A DNA stretch of 64,000 nucleotides from Candidatus Poribacteria bacterium (GTDB lineage: Bacteria > Poribacteria > WGA-4E > WGA-3G). Below the pieces are notes generated by a model, which did not search any database, was not told the origin of the DNA, and saw only the letters and a program-made list of their open reading frames with translations. The stretch spans positions 1,024,001 through 1,088,000 of the forward strand of contig CAXXUA010000004.1 in assembly GCA_963663765.2 (NCBI GenBank), written 5' to 3'. The position numbers and the translations under genes are program-made. This document shows positions 62,804 to 64,000 of the stretch, piece after piece; the first letter of the stretch is position 1, and each line of letters begins with the position of its first letter.

Positions 62804-62842
62804 AATATATACTCCTTTTGTGGTTTTATACCATTTCTAATT

Positions 62843-64000
62843 ACAGGACTTAAGCATTATAGTAGATTTTAGAATTATTTTTACACTTTCAGGTGTAGGA
62901 GGGAACTCCGATTCCCGACTATCAAGACGTTCAGTCGCGATTCGGAGATCGTTCCTACAGAACAAGTGTAAACCTAATTGTATATTTCACTATAAATGGT
63001 ATACGTGCTTTGTAAGCGCGCCGGAAGCCAAAAAATACTGAAATTACATCATTCTTGCCATAATTCTTGATTGGATCATGAAAACTGCGTAAGTCCTGCT
63101 TAATTGTATATTTCACTATAAATCGTAGACGTGCTTTGTAAGCGCGCCGGAAACCTAAAAAATACTGAAATTACATCATTCTTGCCATAATTCTTGATTA
63201 TTTATGAAAATTGCGTAAGTCCTGCTTAATTGTATATTTCACTATAAATCGTAGACGTGCTTTGTAAGCGCGCTGGAAGCCGAAAAAATACTGAAATTAC
63301 ATCATTCTTGCCATAATTCTTGATTATTTATGAAAACTGCGTAAGTCCTGCTTAATTGTATATTCACTATAAATGGTAGGCGTGCTTTGTAAGCGCGCCG
63401 GAAACTGAAAAAATACTGAAATTACATCATTCTTGCAATAATTCTTGATTGGATCATGAAAACTGCGTAAGTCCTGCTTAATTGTATATTTAACTATAAA
63501 TGGTAGGCGTGCTTTGTAAGCGCGCTGGAAGCCAAAAAAATACTGAAATTACATCATTCTTGCAATAATTCTTAATTATTTATGAAAACTGCGTAAGTCC
63601 TGCTTAATTGTATATTCACTATAAATGGTAGGCGTGCTTTGTAAGCGCGCTGGAAGCCAAAAAAATACTAAAATTACATCATTCTTGCAATAATTCTTGA
63701 TTATTTATGAAAATTGCGTAAGTCCTGCTTATAATAAATACTTAGCAAGAAAACCATTTAGTCCCGTAGGGACGATATGTTTATAGAAAAACGCCATAGG
63801 ACATACTCTTTAGTCCCGTAGGGACGATATGTGTGCATTATAAACCTAATATATGTAAAAACTTTGAAAACAATGGGTTAACTGGCACAAGTAGTTAATT
63901 GTATATTTCACTATAAAAGAAGTATCTAAAGTATCTATCAAAGCTTGCTTGACGTTAGTGAACTGTGGACATCGTAGGGGCGCGGTTTCCTCGCCTGTGT
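62843..64000. repeat. Tandem MITE/REP array (6 x ~120 bp) plus other MITE ends
   Basis: GTAGGCGTGCTTTGTAAGCGCGC...TGCGTAAGTCCTG units at ~62995-63727; AGTCCCGTAGGGAC element follows. Confidence 0.85.

Overview
Bacterial genomic window, probably Candidatus Poribacteria. That assignment is an inference from signal-peptide WD40/cohesin/dockerin proteins with a 'LL.NYPNPFNPETWIP' tail and a LamG protein ending 'KL.TTWG.IK'. From left to right it contains: (1) a lone cas1 between two divergent CRISPR arrays with 37-nt repeats differing at one base (the complete array has 56 repeats by my count); (2) secreted and envelope genes, an SDR, oppD/oppF and three tandem MNT-HEPN fusion genes; (3) an ISKra4-like IS broken by a MITE; (4) a ~15 kb defence island (40.5-55.7 kb) with BrnT, DUF932, a DUF4268 nuclease, a Schlafen/AlbA_2 protein, a PHP-ATPase (Ppl-like), TIR-unknown-TIR, a trypsin protease, an ISP-like RM enzyme and TIGR02391; (5) a lactonase, a DUF3223-like protein and duplicated arylsulfatases. 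Intergenic DNA is packed with nested GTAG-type REP hairpins and several MITE families. Best candidates for something undescribed: a tightly coupled TIR-X-TIR-PHP/ATPase-Schlafen cassette with no recognisable Thoeris effector; three orphan type ISP 3' ends that split the island into stacked cassettes; and 34-36 nt hairpin micro-elements ending CGTTGATTTG that insert without target duplication after CCC in REPs. All calls are from reading the sequence; no database searches were run.
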